Source: Allosphingosinicella sp. (lineage in GTDB: Bacteria; Pseudomonadota; Alphaproteobacteria; Sphingomonadales; Sphingomonadaceae). Taken from it: 64,000 nt of DNA. The position numbers were made by a program, and so were the translations under genes. Each line of letters opens with the position of its first letter. The stretch's first letter is position 1. The DNA is taken from the NCBI GenBank assembly GCA_036403745.1, contig DASWQI010000007.1; one strand, given 5' to 3'. Of the stretch, positions 12,679 to 22,572 are shown one piece after another. The notes below the pieces were generated by a model. The model was given only the letters and a program-made list of their open reading frames with translations. It did no database searches and had not been told where the DNA came from.

Positions 12679-13443
12679 ATGAAGCCCAGCGGCAACACCA
12701 TCCTCATCACCGGCGGCGGCTCCGGCATCGGCGCCGCGCTCGCCCACCGCCTGCACGATGCGGGCAATACGATCATCGTCTCCGGCCGCCGCCGGCAGGC
12801 GCTCGAGGAGGCGATCGCCGGCCGCCACAACATGCACGCTGTCCCCCTCGACGTGGAGCAGCCCGGCGCGATCGCGGACTTCGCGCGGCGGGTCGTCGCC
12901 GAGCATCCGGCGCTGAACGTGCTCGTCAACAATGCCGGCATCATGCGCTTCGAGGCGCTCGACACGGCGCGCGATCTAACGGACGCTGAGGAGACGGTAG
13001 CGACCAACCTGCTCGGCCCGATCCGCATGATCGACGCGCTGGTCGACCACCTCGCCGCCCAGCCCGACGCGGCGATCGTCAACGTCACGTCCGGCCTCGC
13101 CTTCGTGCCGCTCGTCGACACGCCGACCTATTGCGCGACCAAGGCGGCGATCCATTCCTACACCGTGTCGCTGCGCGAGGCGCTGAAGGGGCGCATCGAG
13201 GTGATCGAGCTGGCGCCGCCGGCGGTGCAGACCAACCTCACGCCCGGCCAGGCCACCCGCCCCGGCTATCAGCCGCTCGACGAATTCGCCGACGAGGTCA
13301 TGGCCCTGCTGAGCCAGCAGCCGACCCCGCCCGAAATCCTCGTCGAGCGCGTCCGCTTCCTCCGCTTCGCCGAAGCCGAGCAGCGCTTCGAGCCCACCCT
13401 CGCCCAACTCAACGAAATGGCCCGCCGCGCACGGGGGGCGTGA
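12679..13443 (+). CDS. short-chain dehydrogenase/reductase (SDR) family oxidoreductase
   Basis: Track ORF of 254 aa with TGGGSGIG cofactor motif, NNAG, and the YCATKAA catalytic Y-x3-K. Confidence 0.85.
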   Translation: MKPSGNTILITGGGSGIGAALAHRLHDAGNTIIVSGRRRQALEEAIAGRHNMHAVPLDVEQPGAIADFARRVVAEHPALNVLVNNAGIMRFEALDTARDLTDAEETVATNLLGPIRMIDALVDHLAAQPDAAIVNVTSGLAFVPLVDTPTYCATKAAIHSYTVSLREALKGRIEVIELAPPAVQTNLTPGQATRPGYQPLDEFADEVMALLSQQPTPPEILVERVRFLRFAEAEQRFEPTLAQLNEMARRARGA

Positions 13444-13450
13444 CTCCAAT

Positions 13451-13582
13451 CCTCCCTGTCGGCGCAGCCGATGGGGAGGGGGGCCGCGTGAAACGCGGTG
13501 GAGGGGCCTTACGGAGTCCGAGGTGGCCCCTCCACCACCCCTCGGGTGGTCCCCCTCCCCATGCGCTTCGCGCACAGGGAGG
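13451..13582. repeat. REP-like nested-palindrome element, inverted pair 2 (copies 13451-13505 and 13527-13582)
   Basis: Same unit as at 12451: ...GATGGGGAGGGGGGCCGCGTGAAACGCGGTGGAGGGG, then CCCCTCCACCACCCCTCGGGTGGTCCCCCTCCCCATG.... It lies between the convergent SDR and DoxX genes. Confidence 0.85.
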
Positions 13583-13583
13583 A

Positions 13584-13985
13584 CTAGATCGTCCGCCGCC
13601 CCCGCAGCATCGCGTCCACGCTCCATGGCCCCGGACCCGCTGCCGCGATGTAGAGGAAGGTGAAGCAAAACAGGATCGCGGCGTCGCCGCCGTTGATCCC
13701 CGGCCAGAAGCTCTTCGAGGCGTGCGCCATGAAATAGCCCACCGCCATCTCGCCCGAGAGCAGAAAGGCAACGGGCCGGGTACCGAGGCCGATCGCCAGC
13801 AGAGCGCCGCCGACCACCTCCAGCCATGCCGCCACGAGGAGCATCGTCGGAAGCGGGTCGGGGGCGCCGGCCTGCGGAGCCGGGAAGTGGAACAGCTTCA
13901 TCAGCCCATGCTCCATGAACAGCAGGGCCGCCACGATGCGCAGGATGCTGAGGAGAATGGGGCTCCAGCGTGCGAGGCGGTCCAT
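13584..13985 (-). CDS. DoxX family membrane protein
   Basis: Track ORF of 133 aa. MDRLARWSPILLSILRIVAALLFMEHGLMKLF is typical of DoxX, and four hydrophobic segments are present. Confidence 0.8.
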   Translation of the reverse strand: MDRLARWSPILLSILRIVAALLFMEHGLMKLFHFPAPQAGAPDPLPTMLLVAAWLEVVGGALLAIGLGTRPVAFLLSGEMAVGYFMAHASKSFWPGINGGDAAILFCFTFLYIAAAGPGPWSVDAMLRGRRTI

Positions 13986-14052
13986 GCGTTGCTCTTCCCG
14001 TCTGTCCGGTGCCGACGCTAGGCCGCGGCGGTGCCAAGCGCAACGCGGCCGC

Positions 14053-14532
14053 TTATTCCGCCCCCTCCGCGCGCGCGCCGACGTGGACGACGAGATTGTC
14101 CATCGTCCGGCTCGTCCCCGCGGCGACGCCCATGGCGACGAACTGCTGGAGGTGCGCGTCGCTGGCGCAGGCGATCTCGACGGTCATCGCGGTGCCGCCG
14201 CCGGCCGGCTCCAGCATCACCCGCCCTTCCGCCCCCATCGCGTCGAACACCAGCCGCGAAGGCGGCACGATCTCGCGATAGACGCCCGCGAAAGCCATGT
14301 CCGGATGACTGCGGCTGACGAAGGTAAAGCCGCCGCCGACGCGCAGGTCGATCTCGCAGCGCAGCAGCCGCTCGCCCGCCGCGTCCCACCAGCAGGCGAC
14401 CTGCTCGGGGTCCGTCCAGGCGGCGAACACAAGCTCCGGCGGCGCGGCGAGGCGGCGGGTGAAGCGCAGCGTGTGGGTCGCCTCGTCCAGCTCGAAGCCG
14501 GCGGAGGCGAAGGGGGCGTGAGCAGGGGGCAT
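14053..14532 (-). CDS. SRPBCC / AHSA1-like domain protein
   Basis: Internal ATG at 14532 (MPPAHAPFASAGFELDEATHTLRFTRRLAAPPELVFAAWTDPEQVACWW) in track ORF 14053..14619. The start is 1 nt after the arsR stop, the common ArsR-SRPBCC pairing. Confidence 0.75.
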   Translation of the reverse strand: MPPAHAPFASAGFELDEATHTLRFTRRLAAPPELVFAAWTDPEQVACWWDAAGERLLRCEIDLRVGGGFTFVSRSHPDMAFAGVYREIVPPSRLVFDAMGAEGRVMLEPAGGGTAMTVEIACASDAHLQQFVAMGVAAGTSRTMDNLVVHVGARAEGAE

Positions 14533-14533
14533 G

Positions 14534-14848
14534 TCAGTCTTCCTTGTTGGCGACGTGGCGGTCGAGATTGTCGAGGCGGCTTTCCCACTGCTCGCGGAAT
14601 GGCTCCAGCCAATCGGCAACCGCCTTCATCCCCGCCGGCTTGAGCCGGCGCGGCCGCCGCTGCGCGTCCTGTCCGCATTCGATCAGCCCCGCCTTCTCCA
14701 GCACCTTCAGATGCTTCGAGACGGCCGGCTGGCTGAGCGCAAACGGCCGCGCCAACTCGGTCACCGTCGCCTCGCCCAGCGCGAGCCGGGCGAGGATGGC
14801 GCGGCGGGTGGGATCGCCGAGGGCGGAGAAGGCGGTGTCGAGTTGCAT
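14534..14848 (-). CDS. ArsR/SmtB family transcriptional regulator
   Basis: Internal ATG at 14848 (MQLDTAFSALGDPTRRAILARLALGEATVTELARPFALSQPAVSKHLKVLEKAGLI). The upstream extension in the track ORF reads through a REP element and is rejected. Confidence 0.85.
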   Translation of the reverse strand: MQLDTAFSALGDPTRRAILARLALGEATVTELARPFALSQPAVSKHLKVLEKAGLIECGQDAQRRPRRLKPAGMKAVADWLEPFREQWESRLDNLDRHVANKED

Positions 14849-14897
14849 TACTAGTAGGTTATATAGCCGAGAAGAAATAGATGCAAGCACCTGCTTG

Positions 14898-15052
14898 CCT
14901 CCCCATCGCCAGATGGGGAGGGGGACCACCGTAGGTGGTGGAGGGGTATTTCGCAGAGCAGCAGCAGGCGTCGGACAGGCACCCCCTGCGCCCTTCACTT
15001 ACCCCTCCACCAGCTTCGCTGGTCCCCCTCCCCATCCTCCGGATGGGGAGGG
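14898..15052. repeat. REP-like nested-palindrome element, inverted pair 3 (copies 14898-14945 and 15002-15052)
   Basis: The copies are CCTCCCCATCGCCAGATGGGGAGGGGGACCACCGTAGGTGGTGGAGGGG and CCCCTCCACCAGCTTCGCTGGTCCCCCTCCCCATCCTCCGGATGGGGAGGG, with a 56-nt spacer. Confidence 0.85.
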
Positions 15053-15111
15053 CACAAGAAAAAGGGGCGACCCCGGAGAGCCGCCCCTGAGAGTGAAGGG
15101 AAGGGAGAGGC

Positions 15112-17469
15112 CTACTCCGCCGCCTCGGTCCAGACGTCGCGCTTCGCCTGGGCGACGCTCTTGCGCCGCGCGTCGAGCTTGCGGAAGGCGCTCAATGCCT
15201 GTCCGACCACCTGGTCCATATTGTAATAGCGGTAGGTGGCCAGTCGCCCGACGAAGGTGACGTTGCGGGTCGCGTCGGCGAGCGCCTCATACTTCTTGAA
15301 CAAAGCCTGGTTCTCCGGCCGCGGGATCGGATAATAAGGATCGCCCTCCGCCGACGGATATTCGTAGGTGAGGCTGGTCCGCGGGCTCTCCTGGCCGGTG
15401 AGGTGCTTATACTCGGTGATCCGGGTGTAGGGCACCTGCGGGTCCGGATAGTTCACCACCGCGACGGGCTGGAAATTCTCCGTCTCCAGCATCTTATGCT
15501 CGAACCGCAGGCTGCGGTAGGGCAGCTTGCCGTAGCGGAAGCCGAAATACTCGTCGATCGGCCCGGTGAAGACGATGTGGCCGGCGTCGATCTCGTCGAT
15601 CACGTCCTTAAAATCGGTCGAGAGCAGCACATCGATGTTCGGATGGTCGAGCATCCGGTTGAACATCGCGGTGTAGCCGTCCTTCGGCATCGCCTGGTGC
15701 TTGTCGCCGAAATAGCGATCGTCGGTGTTGGTCCGCGTCGGGATGCGCGCGGTCACCGCCTTGTCGAGCTCCGACGGATCGATGCCCCACTGCTTGCGGG
15801 TATAGCCCTGGAAGAACAGCTCGTAGAGCTCGCGCCCGACCGCGTTGATGACGACGTCCTCGGACGTCTTGATCTCCTCGACCGGCTCGGCGCGCGAGGC
15901 GAGATAGGCCGCGGCCTCCTCGTCGGTCTTGAGGTCGAGCCCGAACAGTTCGTTCAAGGTCGTGCGGTTGATCGGGATCGGCACGAGCTTGTCCCGGACG
16001 TCAGCGAGCACCTTGTGCTCGTAGGGACGCCACGCGGTGAAGCGGGAGAGATAGTCGAAAATCTCGTCCGAATTGGTGTGGAAGATGTGCGGGCCATATT
16101 GGTGGATCAGGATCCCGGCCTCGTCCAAATGGTCGTAGGCGTTGCCGGCGACGTGCGGCCGCCGGTCGATGACCAGGACATGCGCGTCATGCTCGCTGGC
16201 CAGCCGCTCGGCGATGACCGAGCCGGCGAAGCCCGCGCCGACGACGAGATAATCGTATTTCTTGCGTGCCGCCGCCTTGACGATGTTGGGGCCGGCATTC
16301 GGCACCGTCATTGCTTCGCGCACCAGCCCCGCCATGCGGGCATAGGTGATATCCCAGCTGAGGTTCGCGAGCTTCAGGTCGACGTCCTTCAGCCATTCGT
16401 CGCCCGACTGGACGAGCGCCAGCGCCTGCTCGCACGCCGTGACGAACGCGTCGGAGCCGTCGGCAATGAACACCGCTTCGAGATCCGAGTAATGGCGGAT
16501 GACGTCGGTGATCGGCGTCGACACGACCGGGCGGCCGCCCGCCAAATATTCCGGCGTCTTGGTCGGCGAGATGAACTTCGTCGAATCGTTGATCGCAAAC
16601 GGCATCAACGCGACGTCCCAGCCGCCCAGATAGAGCGGCAGCTCGTCATAGGTCTTGCCGCCGGCATAATGGATGTTGGCGCGGACGGGCAGGTCGGCCG
16701 GATCGATCTTCACCACCGGCCCGACCATGACGATCGACCATTCGGGGTGCGCATCCGCCACCGCCGCGATCATCTCCAGATCGATCCGCTCGTCGATGAC
16801 GCCGTAGAAGCCCAGGCGCGGCTTGCCGATCGGCCCCTGGTCATCGGGCGAGGCATCGACGCCGCGCGCCTGCGCGAAATGGGCGCGGTCGACGCTGGAG
16901 GGGAAGGGGTGGATGTTCGGATGGCGGTCCTTCTTCGCCTCGTAAAGCGAATAGCCGCCGGTGAAGACGACGTCCGCGCTGTCGAGCAGTTCCTGCTCCA
17001 GCGCCAGCAGCTGGGGCGGCGCGAAGCGGAAGTTGGCAAGCTCGTCCATGCAGTCGTAGACGATCGCCGCCGATGGCAGGTCGCGCGAGAAAGGCAGCAT
17101 CATCGGCGTGTAATACCAGCGGATGAAGGGCCCCTTCTCCTCGGCGGCGAAGTCGGTCAGCAGCCGCTTCAGCACGGTCTCGCGCTCGGCTTCGGACAGG
17201 GTGTCGGGGATGGACGGGGTCACGACGACCACGCCGGTCTCGGCGCAGGTGCGCACGCCAAGGGCGGGCTCGCACTCGGGAAGCGCCGCTTCCGGCTCCT
17301 CCCAGAAGATAACGCGCCGGTCCTGCGCGAAGCGGCTCATCAGATGCTGGGGCCGCTGGAAAACGAAGTTCCACCGCAGGTGGGAGAAGCAGATGAGGGT
17401 GTGCCCGTCGGTCTGGTGCGAGGCAAAGCGGCTCTGCCCCATATCGGAGGCGGTGGAGAGTTTGATCAA
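15112..17469 (-). CDS. fusion protein: N-terminal glycosyltransferase domain plus C-terminal UDP-galactopyranose mutase (Glf/UGM)
   Basis: Track ORF of 785 aa, starting at TTG 17469 or ATG 17442. The N-terminal half has FSHLRWNFVFQRPQHLMSRFA (GT-like). The C-terminal half has KKYDYLVVGAGFAGSVIAERLA (FAD Rossmann) and the UGM-like RTSLTYEYP...GDPYYPIP and TFVGRLATYRYYNMDQ. Confidence 0.8.
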   Translation of the reverse strand: MIKLSTASDMGQSRFASHQTDGHTLICFSHLRWNFVFQRPQHLMSRFAQDRRVIFWEEPEAALPECEPALGVRTCAETGVVVVTPSIPDTLSEAERETVLKRLLTDFAAEEKGPFIRWYYTPMMLPFSRDLPSAAIVYDCMDELANFRFAPPQLLALEQELLDSADVVFTGGYSLYEAKKDRHPNIHPFPSSVDRAHFAQARGVDASPDDQGPIGKPRLGFYGVIDERIDLEMIAAVADAHPEWSIVMVGPVVKIDPADLPVRANIHYAGGKTYDELPLYLGGWDVALMPFAINDSTKFISPTKTPEYLAGGRPVVSTPITDVIRHYSDLEAVFIADGSDAFVTACEQALALVQSGDEWLKDVDLKLANLSWDITYARMAGLVREAMTVPNAGPNIVKAAARKKYDYLVVGAGFAGSVIAERLASEHDAHVLVIDRRPHVAGNAYDHLDEAGILIHQYGPHIFHTNSDEIFDYLSRFTAWRPYEHKVLADVRDKLVPIPINRTTLNELFGLDLKTDEEAAAYLASRAEPVEEIKTSEDVVINAVGRELYELFFQGYTRKQWGIDPSELDKAVTARIPTRTNTDDRYFGDKHQAMPKDGYTAMFNRMLDHPNIDVLLSTDFKDVIDEIDAGHIVFTGPIDEYFGFRYGKLPYRSLRFEHKMLETENFQPVAVVNYPDPQVPYTRITEYKHLTGQESPRTSLTYEYPSAEGDPYYPIPRPENQALFKKYEALADATRNVTFVGRLATYRYYNMDQVVGQALSAFRKLDARRKSVAQAKRDVWTEAAE

Positions 17470-17502
17470 CGCGGGTATCCCGTTAATGGAGAATGCAGGA
17501 AT

Positions 17503-17528
17503 AACGTACCCGCACGCGCTTCGGTTCC
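17503..17528 (-). promoter_or_regulatory. EcfG-type (general stress response ECF sigma) promoter candidate upstream of the GT-UGM fusion gene
   Basis: The minus strand reads GGAAC-CGAAGCGCGTGCGGGTA-CGTT, an exact GGAAC-N17-CGTT. It lies about 35-60 nt upstream of the candidate start codons. Confidence 0.5.
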
Positions 17529-17620
17529 GCGCTGCAACATGGAATAAAGTTAATGCAGATAAGGACTAAGCTGGGTTGTTGCGCAGCCGGACCGTTCCGC
17601 GCGCGGCCTGAATTATACGA

Positions 17621-19674
17621 TTAATCGAAGGCCGCCTTCAGCTCGTCGAGCCAGGGGCCCGCCGTCCCGTCCGCAGGTGCGCGCCAGTCGCCCCGCGGGC
17701 TCAGCGATCCGCCGGCCGAAACCTTGGGCGAATTGGGGATGGCGGTGCGCTTGAACTGGCTGATCTGGAAGAAGCGATAGAGGAAGACCTCCAGCCACTT
17801 GCGGATGGTGGGAAGGTCGTATTCCCGCTTCAGCGCGTCGGGATAGCCGGCCGGCCACGCCCCCGCCGCCGCATCGTGCCACGCCTGCCGCGCCATGAAC
17901 GCGACCTTGGACGGCTTCTGGCCCGAGCGCAGGATGTGGAACAGGAAGAAATCGTGCAGCGCGTACGGGCCGATCTTGTCCTCGGTCGACTGCATCTCGC
18001 CCTGCGCGTCCGCCGGGACCAGCTCAGGGGAGATTTTCGTCTCCAATATGGCGTCCAATACGCGGTTCGTCTCGGCGTCGAGCTGCCCCGTCTTCACCAC
18101 CCAGCGTATGAGATACTGGATCAGCGTCTTGGGCACGCCGGCATTGACGCCGTAATGGCTCATCTGGTCGCCGACGCCGTACGTCGACCAGCCGAGCGCC
18201 ACTTCGGAAAGATCGCCCGTTCCGACGACGAAGCCGCGCCGTTGGTTGGCGAGACGGAACAGATAGTCTGTGCGGAGCCCCGCCTGCACGTTCTCGAAGG
18301 TGACGTCGTACACGTCCGCCCCCCGCTCGCCCTTGGCATAGGGGTGGCCCATGTCCGTCAGCATCTGCTGCGCGGCCGGGCGGATATCGATCTCCTCGCC
18401 GACAATGCCGAGCGCCTTCATCAGCGCCCAGGCGTTCGATTTGGTCGTGTCGCCGGTCGCGAAGCCCGGCATCGTGAAGCCGAGGATGGTGGAGCGGGGC
18501 AGCTTCAGGAAATCGCACATCTTGGCGCAGACCAGCAGCGCATGCGTGGAATCCAGCCCACCCGAGACGCCGATCACCAGCTTGTCGCCGCTGGTCGTCT
18601 GGAAGCGTTTGGCGAGCCCCTGCACCTGAATGTTGAACGCCTCGTAGCAGTCGGAATCGAGCTGCTCGATGCGGTTCGGCACGTAGGGGAAGCGGCGCAG
18701 ATTCCGGTGGAAGCCGATGTCGCCCATGTCCGGCCTGTGCTCGAAATGCACCCGCCGCGCGCTCTTCTCGGGATGGCCCGCGGCGACCGCATTGTCGTTG
18801 AAGGTCGGCATCCGCATCCGCTCGAGCCGCAGCCGCTGCGCATCGACGTCGGCGATGCACAGCTCCGGCTCGAGGTCGAAGCGGCCGGATTCGCAGAGCA
18901 GTTCGCCGAATTCGTAGATCGAGCCCTGGCCGTCCCAGGCGAGGTCGGTGGTGCTCTCCCCCGGTCCCGAGGCGGAGAACACATAGGCCGCGCAGCAGCG
19001 GCTCGCCTGCGAGGCGCAGAGCATCTTCCTCTCGTCCGCCTTGCCGATGGTGATGTTGGACGCCGAGAGGTTGCACAGGATCAGCGCCCCGGCGAGCGCG
19101 CCCCAGGTCGAGGGCGGCTGCGGCGCCCAATAATCTTCGCAAATCTCGACGAAGAAGGTGAAGTCGGCGAGGTCTTCGGCAGCGAAGACGAGGTCGGTGC
19201 CGAACGGCACCTGTTCGCCCGACACGGCGATCTCGATGCCGGAGAGCCCGACGCCGGAGACGAACCAGCGTTTCTCATAATATTCGCGATAATTGGGGAG
19301 GAAGCTCTTCGGCACCACGCCGAGGATGCGCCCGCGGCTCACCACCACCCCTGTATTGTACAGCCGCCCGTTGCGCCTCAACGGGGCGCCGATCACGCAG
19401 ACCGGCGCGAGCTTCGCCGTCGCGTTGCGGAAGCGGGCGATGCCGTCCTCCACCGCGTCGAGGAACGCCTCCTGCAGGAACAGATCGTCGACCGCGTAGG
19501 AGGAGATGTTGAGCTCTGGAAAGACGACGAGGTCGACGCCCTTAGCATCCGCCTCCCGCGCCAGCGCGACCGCCTGCTCGACGTTGAAGCGGACATCCCC
19601 CGACGACGCCGTCGGGCTCGCCGCCGCGCACCGTACGTAGCCGTGGCGGTGGATTCCTTCAAAGGGCCCTTTAC

Positions 19675-19678
<4 letters not shown>
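17621..19678 (-). CDS. nadE: glutamine-dependent NAD+ synthetase (CN-hydrolase plus NAD synthase domains)
   Basis: Track ORF 17621..19717. I prefer the GTG at 19678, which overlaps the cinA stop as GTGA. It has an N-terminal nitrilase-like domain and a C-terminal SGGLDST ATP-PPase motif. Confidence 0.9.
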
Positions 19679-20175
<497 letters not shown>

Positions 20176-20183
20176 GACGCCAA

Positions 20184-20209
20184 GGAACCGGCCCCCCGCG
20201 CCGATGGTT
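20184..20209 (+). promoter_or_regulatory. EcfG-type promoter candidate (GGAAC-N17-GGTT) upstream of the hemerythrin-like gene
   Basis: GGAAC at 20184-20188, a 17-nt spacer, and GGTT at 20206-20209. The ATG is 32 nt downstream, preceded by AAAGGAA. The -10 element deviates from CGTT at its first base. Confidence 0.4.
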
Positions 20210-20240
20210 CCTCAACCAAACCCGCAAAGGAACATAGATC

Positions 20241-21045
<805 letters not shown>

Positions 21046-21281
21046 GGCCAGCGCCGCCCGGTGAGCAGCGACGCCGGCGCCTAGCGCCGCCGGAGCAGCG
21101 AACGGAGTCGGCGCCCGCCCGGCCGGCGGGGCGGCGACCCTCGGGCCGCCGAACCCGTCCGACGCGGCGAGGCCGCCCTCGCCGCCCCCTTGGCGCGCAT
21201 CCTCGGGCGCCCGTCCGCCCTGAACCGAAGCCGCGGAAGTTTCGAACTTTCCTGATATAAAAAAACTTCCCTCCCGCCGTC

Positions 21282-21304
21282 GGGCGCCCCGTGCGCCCCT
21301 TTTT
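21282..21304 (+). terminator. candidate rho-independent terminator
   Basis: GGGCGC-CCCGT-GCGCCC followed by CTTTTTG. It lies in an apparently non-coding region about 240 nt downstream of the 20755..21045 gene. Confidence 0.5.
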
Positions 21305-21493
21305 GCGATCCAGCTGCCGTTTGCCCGACCCGCGCCAGTGCGATTCGCACCCGCAGGCCAGATACCGCACAGCTCTCTTGTCGCCTCGAACATAGCATGA
21401 ACCCGCCTGAGAAGCAACCGGCCGACTGCTGGTGGAAGGGCGGTGCAGGCGGAGCCCTCACCTGCCGCGCGAACGAGGCAAAAGGTGCACGCG

Positions 21494-21625
21494 CTGCCGG
21501 GCGACTGCCGTGTCGCAACCGTGTGCTTGCCGGGCGCGTGCCGGGTCCTAACGGGGCGCGTGCCGGGTCGCAACCGTGCGGGTGCCGTGTCGCTGCCGGG
21601 TCCTTGCCGTGCGGGAACCGTGGTG
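21494..21625. repeat. four degenerate 33-bp tandem repeats
   Basis: Units start at 21494, 21527, 21560 and 21593, each beginning (C/T/G)TGCCGGG. Units 1/2 and units 3/4 match at roughly 24 of 33 positions by hand alignment. Confidence 0.7.
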
Positions 21626-21821
21626 GCTCCCGCGGCCGCGGCGAGCGTGCGGTCCCGCCGGCCGAGGGTGGACAGGATCTGCGCGACGACCAGCCGCAAG
21701 GCTTACTGGGACGGCCCCGGCTTCTCGTCCTCCCCATGCGGCGTCGCGCCACAGGGAGGAGCGGGGTCGGAGCCTGCCACCACCTACCCGATACCTGCTG
21801 AACGCGTTATCCTGCGGCCCG

Positions 21822-22010
21822 ATGCACAAAGCCCTCTTCGCCCTCGCCGCCCTCGCCGCCACCGCTTTGGTGGTCGCCCTCGCCTGGGGCGTCTTCGTGC
21901 TGATGAGCGGCGCCCACGCCTTGCCGAGATGGGCGATGCTCGCGATCCTCGCCGCTGTCCTCGCCGCCGGCCAGATCCTGCGCTGGCGCCAGCGCCGGCG
22001 GCGGCTTTAG
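21822..22010 (+). CDS. small two-TM membrane protein (62 aa)
   Basis: In-frame ATG at 21822 (MHKALFALAALAATALVVALAWGVFVLMSGAHALPRWAMLAILAAVLAAGQILRWRQRRRRL) at the end of track ORF 21576..22010. Confidence 0.5.
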   Translation: MHKALFALAALAATALVVALAWGVFVLMSGAHALPRWAMLAILAAVLAAGQILRWRQRRRRL

Positions 22011-22477
22011 ACCGTCTTCCCCGGGCCGGCGGGCACAGTACCGCTCTGCGCCGCCAGCCTCTCCGCATCGGCCGCAAGCTGGGCCATGGTCGCGTCGGCC
22101 TGCGGCAGCTCCCAGGCGAGGTCCTCGACGGCGCGCGCGAGCTTGGTGGCGAGGGCGGCGAGGTCCGGCGCCGGCACGAGCAGCAACCGCTCGAGCGCCG
22201 CATTCTGGGAGCAGGCGAGATCGGAGAAGGCCTCGTCCATGTCCCACTGTTGTGAAAAGGACGCGCCGCGCGGCTCAGCCCGCTTGAACGCTGCGATCTC
22301 AGCCTCGGCGCGCAGCAAGGCCGCAAGCGCCGCCTCCCACGCCGCCTCCAACTCCTCTCCTTCGAGGGGAGAGAGAGGAGCCGCGGTGCGGCGGAGGGTG
22401 AGGGCAGTCGGCGCCCCTACGGCTCCCGCTAGAAGTGCGCGACGCGTGCAGCTATGCTCCCTGGAAGCCATGACCAA
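22007..22477 (-). CDS. hypothetical protein, divergent from the XRE regulator; possible Tat-like N-terminus
   Basis: Track ORF of 156 aa. TRRALLAGAVGAP is twin-arginine-like. The N-terminal part overlaps a short palindrome (CTCCTCT...AGAGGAG near 22343-22370), so the true start is uncertain. Confidence 0.4.
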   Translation of the reverse strand: MVMASREHSCTRRALLAGAVGAPTALTLRRTAAPLSPLEGEELEAAWEAALAALLRAEAEIAAFKRAEPRGASFSQQWDMDEAFSDLACSQNAALERLLLVPAPDLAALATKLARAVEDLAWELPQADATMAQLAADAERLAAQSGTVPAGPGKTV

Positions 22478-22515
22478 GGCTCTCCTGCTCTAGGAGGTGG
22501 GGGTTCTTCTTATTG

Positions 22516-22572
22516 GCATATTACATGCCGGATCGGGAGCGGCGGCGCAAGTGTTTTTTGCATGGAATATGC
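22516..22572. promoter_or_regulatory. two GCAT-N5-ATGC palindromes in the divergent promoter region; the first also fits a GG-N10-GC (sigma-54-like) spacing
   Basis: GCATATTACATGC at 22516-22528 sits within TTGGCATATTACATGCC. GCATGGAATATGC at 22560-22572 overlaps the XRE ATG at 22562. Confidence 0.3.

Noticed and set aside
12458-12906. Short ORFs (74 aa plus, 128 aa minus) between clpB and the SDR gene; similar ORFs occur at 13409-13771 and in the N-terminal extension of arsR
   Set aside because: They are translated REP-like palindromes (PPPSVVPLPI / GGGTTVGGGG peptides recur at each repeat copy), not genes.
15403-17547. 714-aa plus-strand ORF
   Set aside because: It is antisense to the GT-UGM fusion gene, which has clear FAD and UGM motifs. 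The antisense product is low-complexity Arg/Asp/Gly/Val.
21494-21625. Tandem repeats considered as a possible CRISPR array
   Set aside because: The units are directly adjacent 33-mers with no unique spacers, the repeats are degenerate, and there are no cas genes.
21081-21752. Overlapping 223-aa, 373-aa, 134-aa and 270-aa ORFs in the 21.0-21.8 kb region
   Set aside because: All are Arg/Pro/Gly-rich, mutually overlapping on both strands, and lack an SD or motifs. The region is treated as non-coding.
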